Source: Octopus vulgaris
Taxonomy: Eukaryota
Assembly (NCBI GenBank): GCA_951406725.2
Contig: OX597825.1
Location: forward strand, 49,910,001 to 49,974,000
Direction: 5' to 3'
Length of the DNA: 64,000 nt
Shown: piece after piece, positions 1 to 13,942 of the stretch
Numbering within the stretch: the stretch's first letter is position 1
How the letters are laid out: each line of letters opens with the position of its first letter
The notes under the pieces: model-generated
Told to the model about the DNA's origin: nothing
Databases searched by the model: none
What the model saw: the letters and a program-made list of their open reading frames with translations, nothing else
Program-made: the position numbers and the translations under genes

Positions 1-535
1 TTTAGTTGGAGTACTTGCGCAGACTGAGACTGATCCTCAAGTCGAAATTAAACGGACGGAATACGATTGAAGCTATCAACACCTGGGCGTTGATAGCTTT
101 GAAAACAGGTGGATGAAGAAAAGAATGCATGGACAATTTCACAGGGATGTTGAAGATAAGACAGGCAAAGAAAAAAGATGGCTATGGATGACTAAAAGTG
201 ATTTAAAACCGGAAACAGAGGCTCTAAATTGTACTACCCAAGACCAAGCATTAAGAACAAATTACATTAAATACGGAATAGACAACACATCAGAAAGTGG
301 TAAGTGTATAATTTCTGGACAAAATGGTGAAACAGTCTGGCATATTACCAGTCAATGTACGCCACTAGCGCAGAAAGAATATAAGGGATGTCATGGTAAT
401 ATAGCAATGATTGTCCATTGCACACTTAGCAACTTGACATCAAAAATGCGGTACGAACATAAACCCGAAGTCATCATCGAAAATTATAATGCAAAGATCT
501 TATGGGATTTTATGATTTAGTATGATCACGAATAC
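1..535 (+). mobile_element. R4/Dong-like non-LTR retrotransposon fragment (post-RT region, zinc knuckle, start of restriction-like endonuclease), decayed
   Basis: 5' end translates EYLRRLRLILKSKLNGRNTIEAINTW. ORF 113-520 has MHGQF, LKPETEA..QDQALRTN, a degenerate C..ETVWHITSQC knuckle and KILWDF, all typical of R4-clade ORFs. Internal deletion present. Confidence 0.85.
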
Positions 536-1524
536 TGACTCTTGAGTCACTACTGCGGAAGCTGGAAGTATTGAAGGGTATCCCACGTGATCTAGGATGT
601 GGGAGAAGGGTGCCTGCTTAATCCGACGATGTCACCGTCCCGGTGTCGAGAAACAGGCCTGATCGGCGATACATTAAAATAGACCTGATCGGCGATACAC
701 TAAAAATATATGAAGCGGTAACAGGAGCGAAACTTAACGCGGAAAAATCAGTAGGCTTCCAACTCGGAACCTGGAGAAACAAGTCCATACCGTCCAACAG
801 CGTTGTGGATAACTTCCAGAGGTCCCTCGCTTGGCAGTCCTCCCGGAGGTGCCGGGCGCTGCCAGTTCGAGATAAACTCTACAGACCTTGCCGTCAACCA
901 AGCCTGCCCGAGGTAGCACAGAGCAACAAAATCGTTCTTCACGCACTCGTCTAGTGCCCGAGCATTGCTGAGTCGTGGGCTTTATGTCGAACACTTACTG
1001 TTACGTGTAGATGGATCCGGCTATCAGCTGAATTCATATTGAAGATTGCCCTCCTTTGGCCGGTCGGGGCATGCAATTTTATTTGTCTGGTGGCTGTAGT
1101 GAAAGAGTTAGTATGGTGGATACACTTGAAAAGGCTAAATACAGGCACTTACCTCTGTAGCTAGGCCCTCATAATCTTTTAAAGTTTTACTTGAATAAAG
1201 AGTGAAGGTGGAGAGGGAAGTGTTGCCTTCTAGCAAATTTGTTGAAAGGTGGGTGAGTGTCGGAAAATGTCCAGTGTGGAAGGACCCTTTTTGCGTATGC
1301 GGCTGTGAAAAATACAAGAAGAGCTCTCGCCCTATTTGTCAGACACCCGTGGCTTTTGTGGGGTTTTCTACTAGTAGCCTTAAAGCGCCTCCCACATTGG
1401 GAGTTTTATTTGTTTAATTTTCTGTTATTTTTTGTTTACACGCTTTAAAAACCCATTTGCATCATCCTGCCTTTGTCTCTTCATATAACGTTATGTAACA
1501 CTTGTGGCCAATAAAAGAATTTAC
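536..1524 (+). mobile_element. Tx1/L1-like LINE fragment with 3' end
   Basis: Degenerate YADD motif (*SDDVTV, ~619-639), YEAVTGAKLNAEKS, ALPVRDKLYR and VLHALV.CP zinc-finger region. Ends with AATAAA just before an (ATT)n tract. Same family as 49.3-50.4 kb. Confidence 0.8.
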
Positions 1525-1575
<51 letters not shown>

Positions 1576-1616
1576 CATTATTATTATTATTACTAGTATT
1601 ATTATTAATATTATTA
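1525..1616. repeat. (ATT)n microsatellite
   Basis: Direct reading. Confidence 0.95.
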
Positions 1617-2627
1617 CTCTTTCACACCAAATTTCAGGCCTTGTGCCTATAGTAGAACGGATTATTGTCATTATTATTGAACAGAAACCTGAATTCAATT
1701 TTCGCAGAGCGCACATTTAGAATTTAACCCTCAATGGTAGATGAACTAAAGTACCAGCCAGTTACCGTGGTCGGTGGTATCAACTAGTACCCTTCCCTTC
1801 AAAATTACTGAAAATGTGCTGCCGTGTAATATGATGGCAGAATTATTGGAACTATATTAGTCTCTCATTGATAAATTCTGCCGATCATCTCGCCAATATA
1901 CCTGGTGAAATAGAGGAGTTTCCAGGCAAGCTCGTGCCCTCCTCTACAATTAATGTAATTCTTATCACCTTCATATTATGTTTTGCAGCTATTTCACACG
2001 TTTTTCATAGTGAGGGTTACCAATGATTTACACTAAGTTGAACAATTGGACTAGATGAGGGACGGGGATCATTTGCCACTGTATTCCACAGTTCTTTTGT
2101 GACTCTTTTCACTGTAGCAATGTTGTAATAAAAACGTTATTGCACTACGAAACGTTATTTCCATTGATTCATAGCATCAATTTTGAAAAATCTAAATGAA
2201 TAAAATTAGAAAACAAAAAAGATCATTTCATACACCAAATTGACATTTCTAATTCGTCTGCATGTTCCATTCCCAAACTACATAAAAAATTAAAATGTTA
2301 TTGATTAATGCTAATTAATAAAACCTGAATATATCTGAATAAACCCTTACACTGAACTTGAACGATGTTGGAGGTCCAGATTAATGTAATGTGAAGAAAG
2401 TGACAATTATTCTAGTCACGACCTCTTGTACATTGCTCTCCCATACCATATATAACTGACAACAAAATGGAAGAAATCATATATTAATGATATTTCCATA
2501 ATTCAAATTACATAGCTTACCCTAAAGCAATTTCCATTATCGGGACAATTTCTGACATCGCTTGAATATGCTTCTCCATGTTAACATTAAAATCAACTTG
2601 TGTTAATATACGCTCATACACACTCAC

Positions 2628-2748
2628 ATATGGATATATAATGTATATATGTATATATGTGTGTGCGTGTGTGCGCGCGAGAGTGTATATATATATATAT
2701 ATGAAAAGATGTATACACACACAACACGCATACGCACTCACACACAGG

Positions 2749-2802
<54 letters not shown>
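2628..2802. repeat. Compound (TA)n/(TG)n/(CA)n microsatellite
   Basis: Direct reading. Confidence 0.9.
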
Positions 2803-2805
<3 letters not shown>

Positions 2806-3841
2806 ATAGGAAGTGTTGGATAAATGGTTTAACAAATTATTACACTAAAAGGTTTCTATTTCTATCCGTAGTTAGAAAACTAGTTTGAAAGTTGAATGTA
2901 AGCGAGTTACAGCCATCAATAGAAAATTATTTCATAAAAATGTAAAGATACTTCAGATAGATTTATCGACGCTAATTTCATTGCTAGTTTTCCTCCATTT
3001 AATCTCTATTACTTTAGATAATGATTTGAGGAACTAAGATAAATTTTTGCTTTTATTGAAGGGTCGTACCCAAGATCACTCAATATATCCAGTTGTCGGT
3101 ATGTTGGCTGGTATTTCTTAGAGGAATTTATCCAGGAGCTGCTTAAATGTATTTTTAGTTCATTCATTTTTTTAATCTCTTAGGATAGTGTTGACTAAAC
3201 TGGAGTCCATTGAGTTAATAAAAGCAAATTCTTCTGAATGTTGCTATGTGATGTGCGCTCGATTCGGTAGACACATAATACTTGGCCTTGTGTGATCTGA
3301 GAACTTGATTCCGGAATCGTAAAGATGTTAATAGAATATTATTTGCATTTTTAAAATGTAGCACTCGTGGTAACGTTAAAGAGATTACATAGTATAGAAC
3401 TAAGTGGAGTTCTGTCCGGATATCTACTTTCATGATGACTTTGAGAAGCTGAGTTTCTACATTATTTCATTACTAATTATTTTGCGTAATTATGAATTTC
3501 ATCCGACAAATATAGTACTCACATATTAAATTTGTGAGATGTGTAACAACACAAACAAAATGTTATTCCTAAATCATTCGAATTTAGATGAAAGTAACAT
3601 TGCTTGTTACGTGTTTACTTCCATGTTTTTTTTTTATAAAACGTAAATATTATCTCTACACAAGAAATTAAACAAAAAATCTGGAGTATCAATAAGGAAA
3701 AATGTCAATTGTGATATACAGTCACTTAAAGAGATTTGTTGTGTAAACATCGACAATGACTATCCACATATAAACTATGCTGCCCCTCCTCCTTCATCGC
3801 TTTCATGGTAATGAAAACAATATTAATGATATTAATACTGA

Positions 3842-4045
3842 TTTCAAATTTTGGAACAAGGCCAGTAATTTCAGGGGAGGATAATTGTTGATTACATCCA
3901 CGCCAGGGTTACCCCTGTGCTTATTAGATCCACCCCGAACAGATAAAAGGGGAAGTCGATTTTGGAATTATTTCAACTCAGAACATCAAGACTAACGAAA
4001 TGTCGGTAAGCATTCTGCTCAGGGGTGCTAATGATTCTCTCAGCT
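3842..4045 (-). mobile_element. tRNA-derived SINE (family A), diverged copy
   Basis: Reverse complement matches the family A copies (gagctg..agaatc.ttagc ... ctgagttgaaat ... gtcgac/ttcggggt ... ggccttgt.ccaaaatttgaaa). Confidence 0.8.
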
Positions 4046-4602
4046 TAGATAGTAATACTACTTATAATAACATAAATATTAATTGCTTTTATTATATCAA
4101 AATCTAAACATTCCCCCAAAATAGATATTTACATATAAACACGCACGTATGCGTATGTATGTATATATATATATATATATATATATACTTTAGAAACATC
4201 TTGTTTAATAGTGTGGCTACATAGAAAACCACAAACATGGGCCCAAACGGAGGACTCACAGTGGCTCCAATAATTTTCCCATCACCCCCACAACACCTTC
4301 AAGAAAGATAAATCCTTGGCTTACTCTCAGTCAGGAACTCTAAAGCGCCCAGTCATATACACCCATATTCTTTTAAATGGTCTTGCCAACGATGCAATAA
4401 TTATTCCTTTATTAATAACATGCTACCCAAAGCTTTGCTATACACTTTCTAACCTATTCCATCATACGTCAATTTTGCAGTGCACTGGAGAAAATTTGCC
4501 AGTCTCTTTTGGGAGCATACTATTACATATAACAGACCACACTATCACAGCTCACTTGAATACAACGAGCCATTTCATTACCCATTATTAGTGTACGGTA
4601 AA

Positions 4603-4817
4603 TGCGGCGAGCTGACAGAATCGTTATCACGCCGGGTGAAATGTTTAGCGTTATATCATCTGTTGCTACGTTCTGAGATCAAATTCCACCGTAGTCGACT
4701 TAGGCTTTCATCCTTTCGAGGTCGAAAAATAAGTCCCAGTTGAACATTGGGTTCGATGCCATCAATTCATCCCCTCCTCACAAAATTGCTGCCCTCGTTG
4801 CAAAATTTTAAACCATT
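4603..4817 (+). mobile_element. tRNA-derived SINE (family A), full length, with TSD
   Basis: GGCGAGCTGACAGAATCGTTA head, box-B-like GAGATCAAATTCC, central GCTTTCATCCTTTCGAGGTCGA domain. Flanked by the direct repeat CCATTATTAGTGTACGGTAA at 4582-4601 and 4813-4832. Confidence 0.9.
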
Positions 4818-7302
4818 ATTAGTGTACGGTAACTTTACACATCATACATTGGCTCACTCAGAGAAACGGAAGACACTGACTCCTGGACGCTTTTTTTTCC
4901 TGTCCCTTGCTCCTCACTTATTTTTTAAATTTCTTTTCCCTTTTCTCTCTCTTTGTTTTCCTCTCATACTGTTTCCTTTCTACATATGTAAGGTAATGTG
5001 TTTTGCGTTCAGCAACTGTTGTAAACAGTTAAATAATCTAAATCTTTGCCATGTTTCATTTTACCCTTCTCTCACCTTAGTCTTAAAGAATGACTCTATA
5101 CGAAATATTGGATGCTCCCATCATCATTGTTCACTTTCTGTCGCTTTTTCTACGCGCACACACTCGTGTGCACACATATAGTTGTACTGATACATACATA
5201 TATATATAATCCGTTAAGATTTTAAAATTTAAGGTAAATTCTTTCTGCACATATCAATTTGAGAGCAAAACAGTTACGTCTTATTCTAAAAATATTCCAT
5301 ATGAAAATCTTTAACATTTAAGGCAGTGTTTCTGTGTTTGCTAAGGAAATAAAAATTTATCTTCATCGAACACGCACATGCATAATATATGCTTGACTAT
5401 TTGTGTTTATGCATTATGCTATATAACTTTTCTGTGTATTTTACCGGACTGTTCCAAATATAATCGAATCGGATCAATAAAGTAAACACGATGACATGTG
5501 TGCTAATACGGAAGGAGGAAAGCAATATATTGCAAAAAAATAAAAAATTCCAATTGTTTAATTAATATTTCTTCTTAAAACTGTAGTTTTGTTTTGTCTA
5601 TAAACACGCAATATTCTCGTTTCTGACAGTGATTAGTGGAGGGAGGAAGGGCAACAAATAATACAGCATTATCTATGAAATTTTGCCTTTTATATTATTC
5701 AATTATTTTTCTTGTCTGAAACCGAATAATGGTAGATATGGAATCAATATTGATTATCTAATCAATTCTTTGAAATTACTGCTCAATTGTGGTATGGGCC
5801 TTAGAACGAAAAACTTCTTACGAAAATCTTTAATAATTGTTAATGAATGTTTTCATCTCATTATTTCATCTATAAATCTCCATTTATCGTTTGTCAAAAT
5901 GCTAACCAAATTCTCATTCATTTATTTCTTTAAAAATAGTCATTCAGCATGGAGGATTCAACAATTCCATGTTCCCGAGTGGAAATATATATTGGAAATA
6001 TTTTATTCAAGGAATTAATCAGTGAATATCAATCAATATTTTTTTAGGAAAAACCTGACCTGTTTTACCAAGACTTCAAAAGCAGGCGAACATTATTAAT
6101 TTGAACACAAATTTCTGTTATATATACATCTTACCCAACTATTTACAAAGTTATTCGACTTTCATTTGACCTATGATTACATTGCAGATTGCTGTGTCCA
6201 TGGCCTATTAAAGACAATGGCTGATATTAGCAATTAGTATCGGAACAAGGTGATTAACACTGAATCACTGAATCCATCTATGTTCCAGTGACTGCTGCAC
6301 CAGAGTGTAGTTCTCCATCCAGATCTGAATACTTGTTACAGAATTAAACTGTAGCAGCGCTGTGAAATTATTGAGTTTCATTTGCTTGCAGTGGCGAGTA
6401 GAAATCTTCCTCATGAACTCAAAAGACAGCATTCAAGTGCATAGAGAGTGTCATGATTGTTTCAAATATCCAGCATAGTGCCATGGTATTTTTACCACTC
6501 ATGCATAAAGTAAACATAGAATATGAACACACATTTCTACAATAAAACATTCAAAATTGCTACCTGTTTGGTCTCTTAACAATCTTACTTACAGACATAA
6601 TAATTCTGCTTCTCATTACGTTTCTTAATCCATCAGTAATGCTTTCTTGTTATTAGAGAAGAAGAGGGAGAAAGAAAAGAGGGAGAGAAAAAAAGAGGAT
6701 AAGACGAAGAGTGAGGCAGAAATAGAGAACATTAAGAATGAGAGAGAAGCGTCTATGACATATGGTAGAGGGAACGTAATATTTAGTATGTGGTTCACAT
6801 GTTAGTTGAAGATAGAGGAGAGTCAGGAATATAAATTTAGCAAAGGGGTGATGTTCTGATGGGGAAATTAATGAAGGTACGGAGAGAGAAAGAAAGAGAT
6901 GATGATGATGGTGGTGGTGGTGGTAGAGATCGTGAATGCATAGTGAAACTTAATATTTTTATAAAGGAACTAAGTTTTCTATATCTCCTACAAATTGAAA
7001 TGTATATTGGCTCTGTCCCATCATTTTGGCTTATAAGTTACCAACCATGTGGTTTTCAGAGCATGCCATGTTGCATTGAACGTTTACCTACGAAATTGTG
7101 ACCCGTATATTTTACATAAAAAATAGCTGTTTTTAGTATAAATATTGTTTTCTAGATATGAAATTTTGACCATGCAAATTTTAAAATGTAATTTTTTTCT
7201 ATTTATGGAGAAAAGGGTAAAATAAGAGTGAATTTTATATATAAAACTGTGCATAACGTATATCATATATCTATACATACACACATACACACACACACAC
7301 AC

Positions 7303-7338
<36 letters not shown>

Positions 7339-7340
<2 letters not shown>

Positions 7341-8047
7341 TTATAAAATGAGATAGGGTTGAAAATTCAACCCACCATGGGATAATATATATCCAATATA
7401 CTGCCAGATAGGTACCCAACAAGACTAATACATAGATGTTAAAAATTGTCAAACAATCAGTTCATCTATTGTATTATAAAGGTAAAGGTAATAATATTAC
7501 GTAAATTAATACTACAAAATTAGAGAATGGAGAAACATACTTAAATCAATAAAACATCAACTATCTGATGATACCAATCAATACTTTAATACACCATTAC
7601 ATATGAGCAAAGGCATTATACAAAATAAGATATACAGTAATAGTAAAAAGATAAAGAGATATAAGTAAAAATGTCAAATATAATATGTAATTAAATCAAA
7701 ACTGACAGCGTTTCGGCAGTGAGGGCAGTCATACCTCATTTAACTATAAGCCATAAAGGCAGGTATAAATGAGACATTAACAAGGATACCTGCCTTTATG
7801 GCTTATAGGTTAAATGAGGTATGACTGCCCTCACTGCCGAAACAGCTGTCAGTTTTGATTTAATTACATATTATATTTGACATTTTTTACTTATATCTCT
7901 TTATCTTTTTACTATTACTGTATATCTTATTTTGTATAATGCCTTTGCTCATATGTAATGGTGTATTAAAGTATTGATTGGGTATCATCGGATAGTTGAT
8001 GTTTTATTGATTTAAGTATGTTTCTCCATTCTCTAATTTTGTAGTAT
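7339..8047. mobile_element. Inverted-dimer insertion between (TA)n tracts, probable PLE pseudo-LTR-type element
   Basis: 7509-7766 and 7786-8047 are near-perfect reverse complements with a 19-bp spacer. Contains the half-HHR ACTGCC-GAAA-CAGCTG-TC at 7833-7850. Confidence 0.75.
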
Positions 8048-8390
8048 ATATATATATATATATATATAAAGTTCATTAAGTAATTATCGTATTCCAATTT
8101 CCTTCACTTTTCTATGAATAGCAAATGAGCGACAATCTTTCTATCTTTTAATACAGACACAAGTCAGACTACGCTTTCAGCTTTTTGGGATAGAGTTTTC
8201 AGGAATAATCCGAAAGGTTTACTATTAATTTTGTGAAATATTCACTGGTCTCGCTAGTATAATATTAAATTGCCAAAACTATATCAGTAAAATTTGGATT
8301 CCATTTCAATATAAAATTATACTGCAGGTTTAAACCATCTGAAATTATTGTGTGTTTCATCCAACTCATATCTTTATACGTTCGGAATCG

Positions 8391-8435
<45 letters not shown>

Positions 8436-10151
8436 AACACACACACACGCACACACAAACACACATCTTTGTATCAGGTATTTGCTTGAGCATGTGTGTC
8501 TGCGCGTGTGTGTCTACGCTTGTGAGTAAAGAGAACAAAATGTAGAACTTGTTTTTTTGTTGTAATTAAATTTTTCCACTATGTTATAACATATTCCAAA
8601 GTGCATCAGTAAATAGCGTCTTCACTTCTCATGTTTGATAATCATTGTAAGACTCATGTGTAATGTCGAGGTGTTGGTCTTCAGTTATTCTAGATTATCG
8701 ACACAGATTTACTTCCTCATAGCCTCCCTGTCTAATAAGGGAAGTAATGCTATAAACTTTTGAGAATGTTTAAGATTTATAATATTATCTCATAATTATA
8801 GTTTATAATTTTTTCGTGTTGTACTCATGGATAATGCATGGTTTGTATATTAATCACAGCTACAGTAGTTCCATGCTTGGTTTCTTTTACATGCAGTTTT
8901 GAATGTATGAATGATTCCTAATAATCTCGTGCAGAATGTTGAACGTATCAACAGTGGAAAATAGTGGAAAAGCGACATAAGTAAATAGTATTTTAAAAAA
9001 TGGAGAAGTATAGAAAGTATCAGTTTCTTTATTCCTGCGTTGGTGGATACAGCTTATTTTTGTTTTTGTCAATGGATTCATCATTGTTTTCATTATTCTA
9101 CAACTCTTCGGTGAGTTTTGTTATTTCGACAAAAGTTTGAACCGTCATCTTTTCTTTCATGAAGATTCGAATTCAGTGGATTTAGTGTAAATTTAATGAG
9201 ACTATTTCCCGTCGTTACAGAAGAGTATATTTAAAGTTTAAATGACAAGTATTTCTCATTAAAGAACATCATGAGATGTGAAATCGAAATATAATAAACT
9301 ATTTTGAAATAATTTCATTGTAATAATTCATTTTGGAATATAATTACAATGCAAAAGAAATTGCAAATATTTTTCTCTTTATTATTCTGTTTCTACATCT
9401 CGTAACTTGCAGGGTACTAGTAACTTTCATTTGTCACTCATCCTCTCTCTCTCCCATCCTCTCTCTCCCTCTCTCTCATACACACACTCACACACATACA
9501 CACCCTCTCTCTCTCACATAACACACACACTCTCTCCCCACATGTACACATACACGAACACACAAATGAGATATTACTACTGCTACGCATACACACTTTT
9601 GATCACAATCTCAAAATGATTAGTAAATCTTTTGCCAGCCAATTCATTTTACCCATTGATTCGAAGGTGTTGTATGTCTACCCTTTGACTAAATCTCACC
9701 TGCAACAGTTTTGTTCATCGAAAATAAGAAACTTATAAACATCAGTAAACATCATTTGACGCCTTTGACTCTCTCCTGCTGTTTTATTTCCTCTGTCTTT
9801 CTGTCACTCATCTATTTCGTGCCTTAGCCACCAAATCCTTCATTAATTATTTACCCTATCATATATATTCAGAATTGAAGCTCACTGGGATTGCGCTGGT
9901 CTCTTTCATTCTGTTACTTGCGCATTATTTCTTGTATTAATCTAATACAAGTTCAAGCACCACTCTAATTACGTTCATCTTATCACTTGATGAGGATTGT
10001 CAAGGTTTCCTTATTGTAAACTAAGAAAACTTTAAAACGGTGCTCTTTAAATAGTTCCGATTCGTTCGAATGAACTCCTCCATATGGGTGTCCATTAATT
10101 CAATCTGCAGTGTTCTTAATATATTAAAACTAATTGTGTCTAATATTTCAA

Positions 10152-10365
10152 GACGGCAAGCTGCTAGAATCGTTACTACGCTGTTAGTGCTTGAACGGCA
10201 TTTCGTCCGCCTTCACGTTCTACGTTCAATTTCCTCTGAAGTCGACTTTATCCTTCACCCTTTTAGAGTCGATAAAAGAAATAGTAGTTGAGTACTGAGG
10301 TCGATGTAATCGACTTTCTCTCTCTCCGAAATTGCTGGCCTTGTGCTAAAATGTGTAACCAATAT
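10152..10365 (+). mobile_element. SINE family A copy
   Basis: Colinear with 4603-4817. Possible TSD AATATTTC at 10142 and 10361. Confidence 0.85.
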
Positions 10366-13273
10366 TTCTGAACAATGAAATATAAGGTAGAAGCTGGATG
10401 TTTAATCTGTAAAATGACGACGCTCTGGTGAAGCATTATTTAATTCATGTGATTCTACCTATTAATAGTGATAACGTCTCTTCAAATAATATATAGTATT
10501 AAGTTTTTATCATTAAGTACATTTCGCTAACTTTCTATGTGAAAGTTTGGTTATCCAGTTGATTCATTTAGTCTTTAACTTACTTTTTAGAAGCATTTAG
10601 AACGAATTAGTAAATGCATATGTTTTTTGGGGTGATCTGTATTTTCTGTCAGAAGGATTTGCGTGAAAATGGAATTGGTACTATCATTCAGTATGGCTAT
10701 TCTGCGTCGGTTTTATGATATCCTCTTCAACTATTATTCATTCCTTCCATTCATTACTTGGACACAACTATTTGTTGAATAGTCACAGCTAAGAACCTAG
10801 GTATTTTCCCACTCATATTGAAATAAACATCTCCCTTCACTGTATCTCTTGAGTTGCTTTCCATTGTCAAAAAAAAGAAAAGTTTCATATTAGCTACTAA
10901 CGAATATATGACACATTCTAAATTAGCTATGAACCGTAGATTACTTTATTAAAATTGAGGATTTCGTATTTCCGGTACATCTTGGACAAATGTCATATAT
11001 TAATCTATCTATAGTTCTATTCCTTAATTCTGACAGTTATTTGGTATTATATGATGACTACTACATACAAAATTTACATTGCAATTGATACTTTTCGTCT
11101 TGGCAGACCATCCTTTAGTTTTATCTTGAGTTCTTCTAGCTGTATTATTAATGAACCCGTAACAAATTAATATTCGCCTTTCAGTAAAAGAAGTGGGAAT
11201 TATGAGGAAATATTATTGTCCTAGGAGACTGATTTATTGCCATTAAAGTGAATGAAATTACAGTAAGATATTTCAAACCTCAGACATTGTAATATATTAC
11301 AAAACTGATTTTTTCATTTAACATCATTTCTGAACATGACAAATAGCTAGCTTTATACTTGCAATATTGGAGTCCCGTTACTAGATATCTGGTAAGCAGT
11401 AGGTAAATAACCGTTGTTTTTCCATAATCAAGTTTTAACGACTAATTTTTATGTAGAGATTGAGATTATATGGCAAAATGGATAGGATAATATAGAACCA
11501 GCTCACATGCTAAATGTTTGTATCCTATCATCAGCGTTGCTTTGAAGGTGGAATTCTCACTAGATTCAATTCATTTAGCAGTAAATAAAGCCACGGATAT
11601 TGAAACAACTAGCCGTTGTAAGCAGTAAGGGCAACATTATAAACGTTACGCATATTTCAAAAGCTTGCCACAATAAGCTCATATCGTCCTATGTGTGTGG
11701 TTTTAAGAATGATGTACTCTCAGATTTATTTTGCCTAATATATACCCTTCATGACGACATAGATATGTCGAGTTAAGACATCTGTATATCAGTAGAACCA
11801 CTAATAACTGAGTCGATACGGCTAAAGTTACGTTGTATTTCTGATTAATAGCAGTGTCACATCATTCTTTAGTACTTCATTTCTAATATTTTTTAAAAAT
11901 TTCTTAGCAGACCTCTCCTAATTGCTTATCACCCTCATGCATGCCTTTCGCGGTGTTCACTTTGCAGCAAGGATTCAGACCAAGGCTACGATTACTGAAA
12001 AATGTCCTCCCTTCCACCAACAGCGGAGATCTGGACAAAATAAGTCTTGAAAGATTGCCTTCCTTCTCTTACCTAGCTGTGAAAATAAAATAAATTGCCT
12101 TGTAGAGCAAATCATAGCCAAAAGAGCAATGATTTATTCTTTCAGCTGTATCTTGTTGTTTACGTCTCAAGATTTTAACTCTTACTGGTTCAGTCTACCT
12201 AATTGTAAAGTGTGTAGGGTCTGATAAATATTACTGTTAACTGATAATATTATAAGAATCAATTAAAAAAAGGATGAGTAATGAAAGTTATAGTTGGTGT
12301 AATATATGTGCTACGGTATATATTCTCACCATATCAAGTATAAGCTCGGTTTCCTCTGTAACTACTATTTCATTTGTTCTCAGTGAGATTTTATTCAATC
12401 AAATATACTCCACCTGATGACTGGCCATGATGTTTGAATTCTCTAACCTACAAAATCTTTTTCATACACCGGTATCAGAATCTTTACATTTTGTCTTCGA
12501 GATGGGCTAAAAGCAGATTAAACACAACCTGTTGAGAATTTGAGAGACAGTACAGTTGGGAATAGGGTACAGGCATAGGAAAGAAATCAATGTTAAAAGG
12601 CTTGGCGCTAATAATTACTAATCTACACTCTATCCATTCATGGTTCTCTCCCAATGCAAGAAATTGTATTCGTTATCCAAAGTTTATCAAAAAAATTTAT
12701 CTCACTTCTTTCAAAATGATAGAACGACTTTCTTAATACATTTCACGCTGTATGACGCAGCAAGAGATTTCAACATTGCACACGATAAAAGGTATTGGAT
12801 ATTTTACCGTGAATTGGTAAATGTTCTATTGGATGGAATCTAAGAGATATATAATATTTAAAACGTTAATAACATGCAATACATCCACATACTCCAAATT
12901 TCGAAATTAATATGTTCCGTATGTCAAATCCAAATAAGGTTTCGGCATGAAATATTTGAATTGCACATACTCAGCTATTCTTTCTCATTTCTATAAGATA
13001 AATTGAGCTACACATCATCGAAAAGCAAAATTGAAATTATAGCATGAAGGAAATATATTCTATCGGATAGCACCCACTGCCACCGTTCTAACACGCAATG
13101 TGTAAGAGTTATTCCGAATAAGCATGATTAGTAAATGGGAAACAGGCGTTCTGTGGCCATTTCTTTGAAGCATCAATGTATCGCAATGGAAATTAGTAGT
13201 ACAATACAGTGTTTCTAAATACCAAAGTCTGCATTGATAATGGATTATAGGGAGAGAGATTCAGAGAATGTAT

Positions 13274-13308
<35 letters not shown>

Positions 13309-13311
<3 letters not shown>

Positions 13312-13477
13312 GAGGTCTGATCAATAAGTATTGAGATTGTTCCCATAGTAACAAAGTTAAAGCACACAGGGTAAGGCCGCTTCGCACACATTGATCTTGA
13401 ACTCTGCTGTGCATGCGGACTAAGTCATAACATTCTAGCTCACTTCCAGCAGCGCTTGGAAGGAGGGTGTGTAGCGT

Positions 13478-13480
<3 letters not shown>
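13309..13480 (+). mobile_element. Mariner-like terminal fragment (single TIR) within (TA)n
   Basis: Begins TACGAGGTCTGATCAATAAGT, resembling mariner TIR starts. No partner TIR found. Confidence 0.55.
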
Positions 13481-13561
<81 letters not shown>

Positions 13562-13574
13562 TTATATATATATA

Positions 13575-13888
13575 TTGTTTATATACACAACGCCTGTTGT
13601 GATCTCCTATTATTATTATTATTGTTGTTTTTTGTATTATTTTTGTATTTATATTCGTGTAACCTCGTCCGTTTTTCCGTCCTTGTTTCGTATATATTCG
13701 AAGCTTTTTTCCAAGGAATCTAATGCTCTTAGCTTAGTTTTACCTTGGGGCTGGCCAGATTGGAGCAATCTCAAAATTAATCAGCCGAAATTGCAAGGAT
13801 AATCCGGTTCTTGAAGATTAATGGCTTCGAATGACCCGTCCGTGTTTTTTATATCGTCTTCTGAATGTTTTGCGTTCTTGTCCCATTT

Positions 13889-13890
<2 letters not shown>
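13575..13890. repeat. Unclassified element between (TA)n tracts
   Basis: Non-microsatellite block bounded by (TA)n on both sides, with internal stem GGCTG...CAGCC-GAAA at 13743-13798. Confidence 0.45.

Positions 13891-13942
<52 letters not shown>

Noticed and set aside
6180-6480. Relatively GC-balanced unique stretch as an exon
   Set aside because: No long open frame with convincing splice sites.
12415-12440. CTGATGA as an HHR core
   Set aside because: No stem II followed by GAAA and no stem I.
13743-13798. HHR-like GGCTG..CAGCC-GAAA stem
   Set aside because: The CTGANGA core is absent, so it is kept only as an unclassified repeat.
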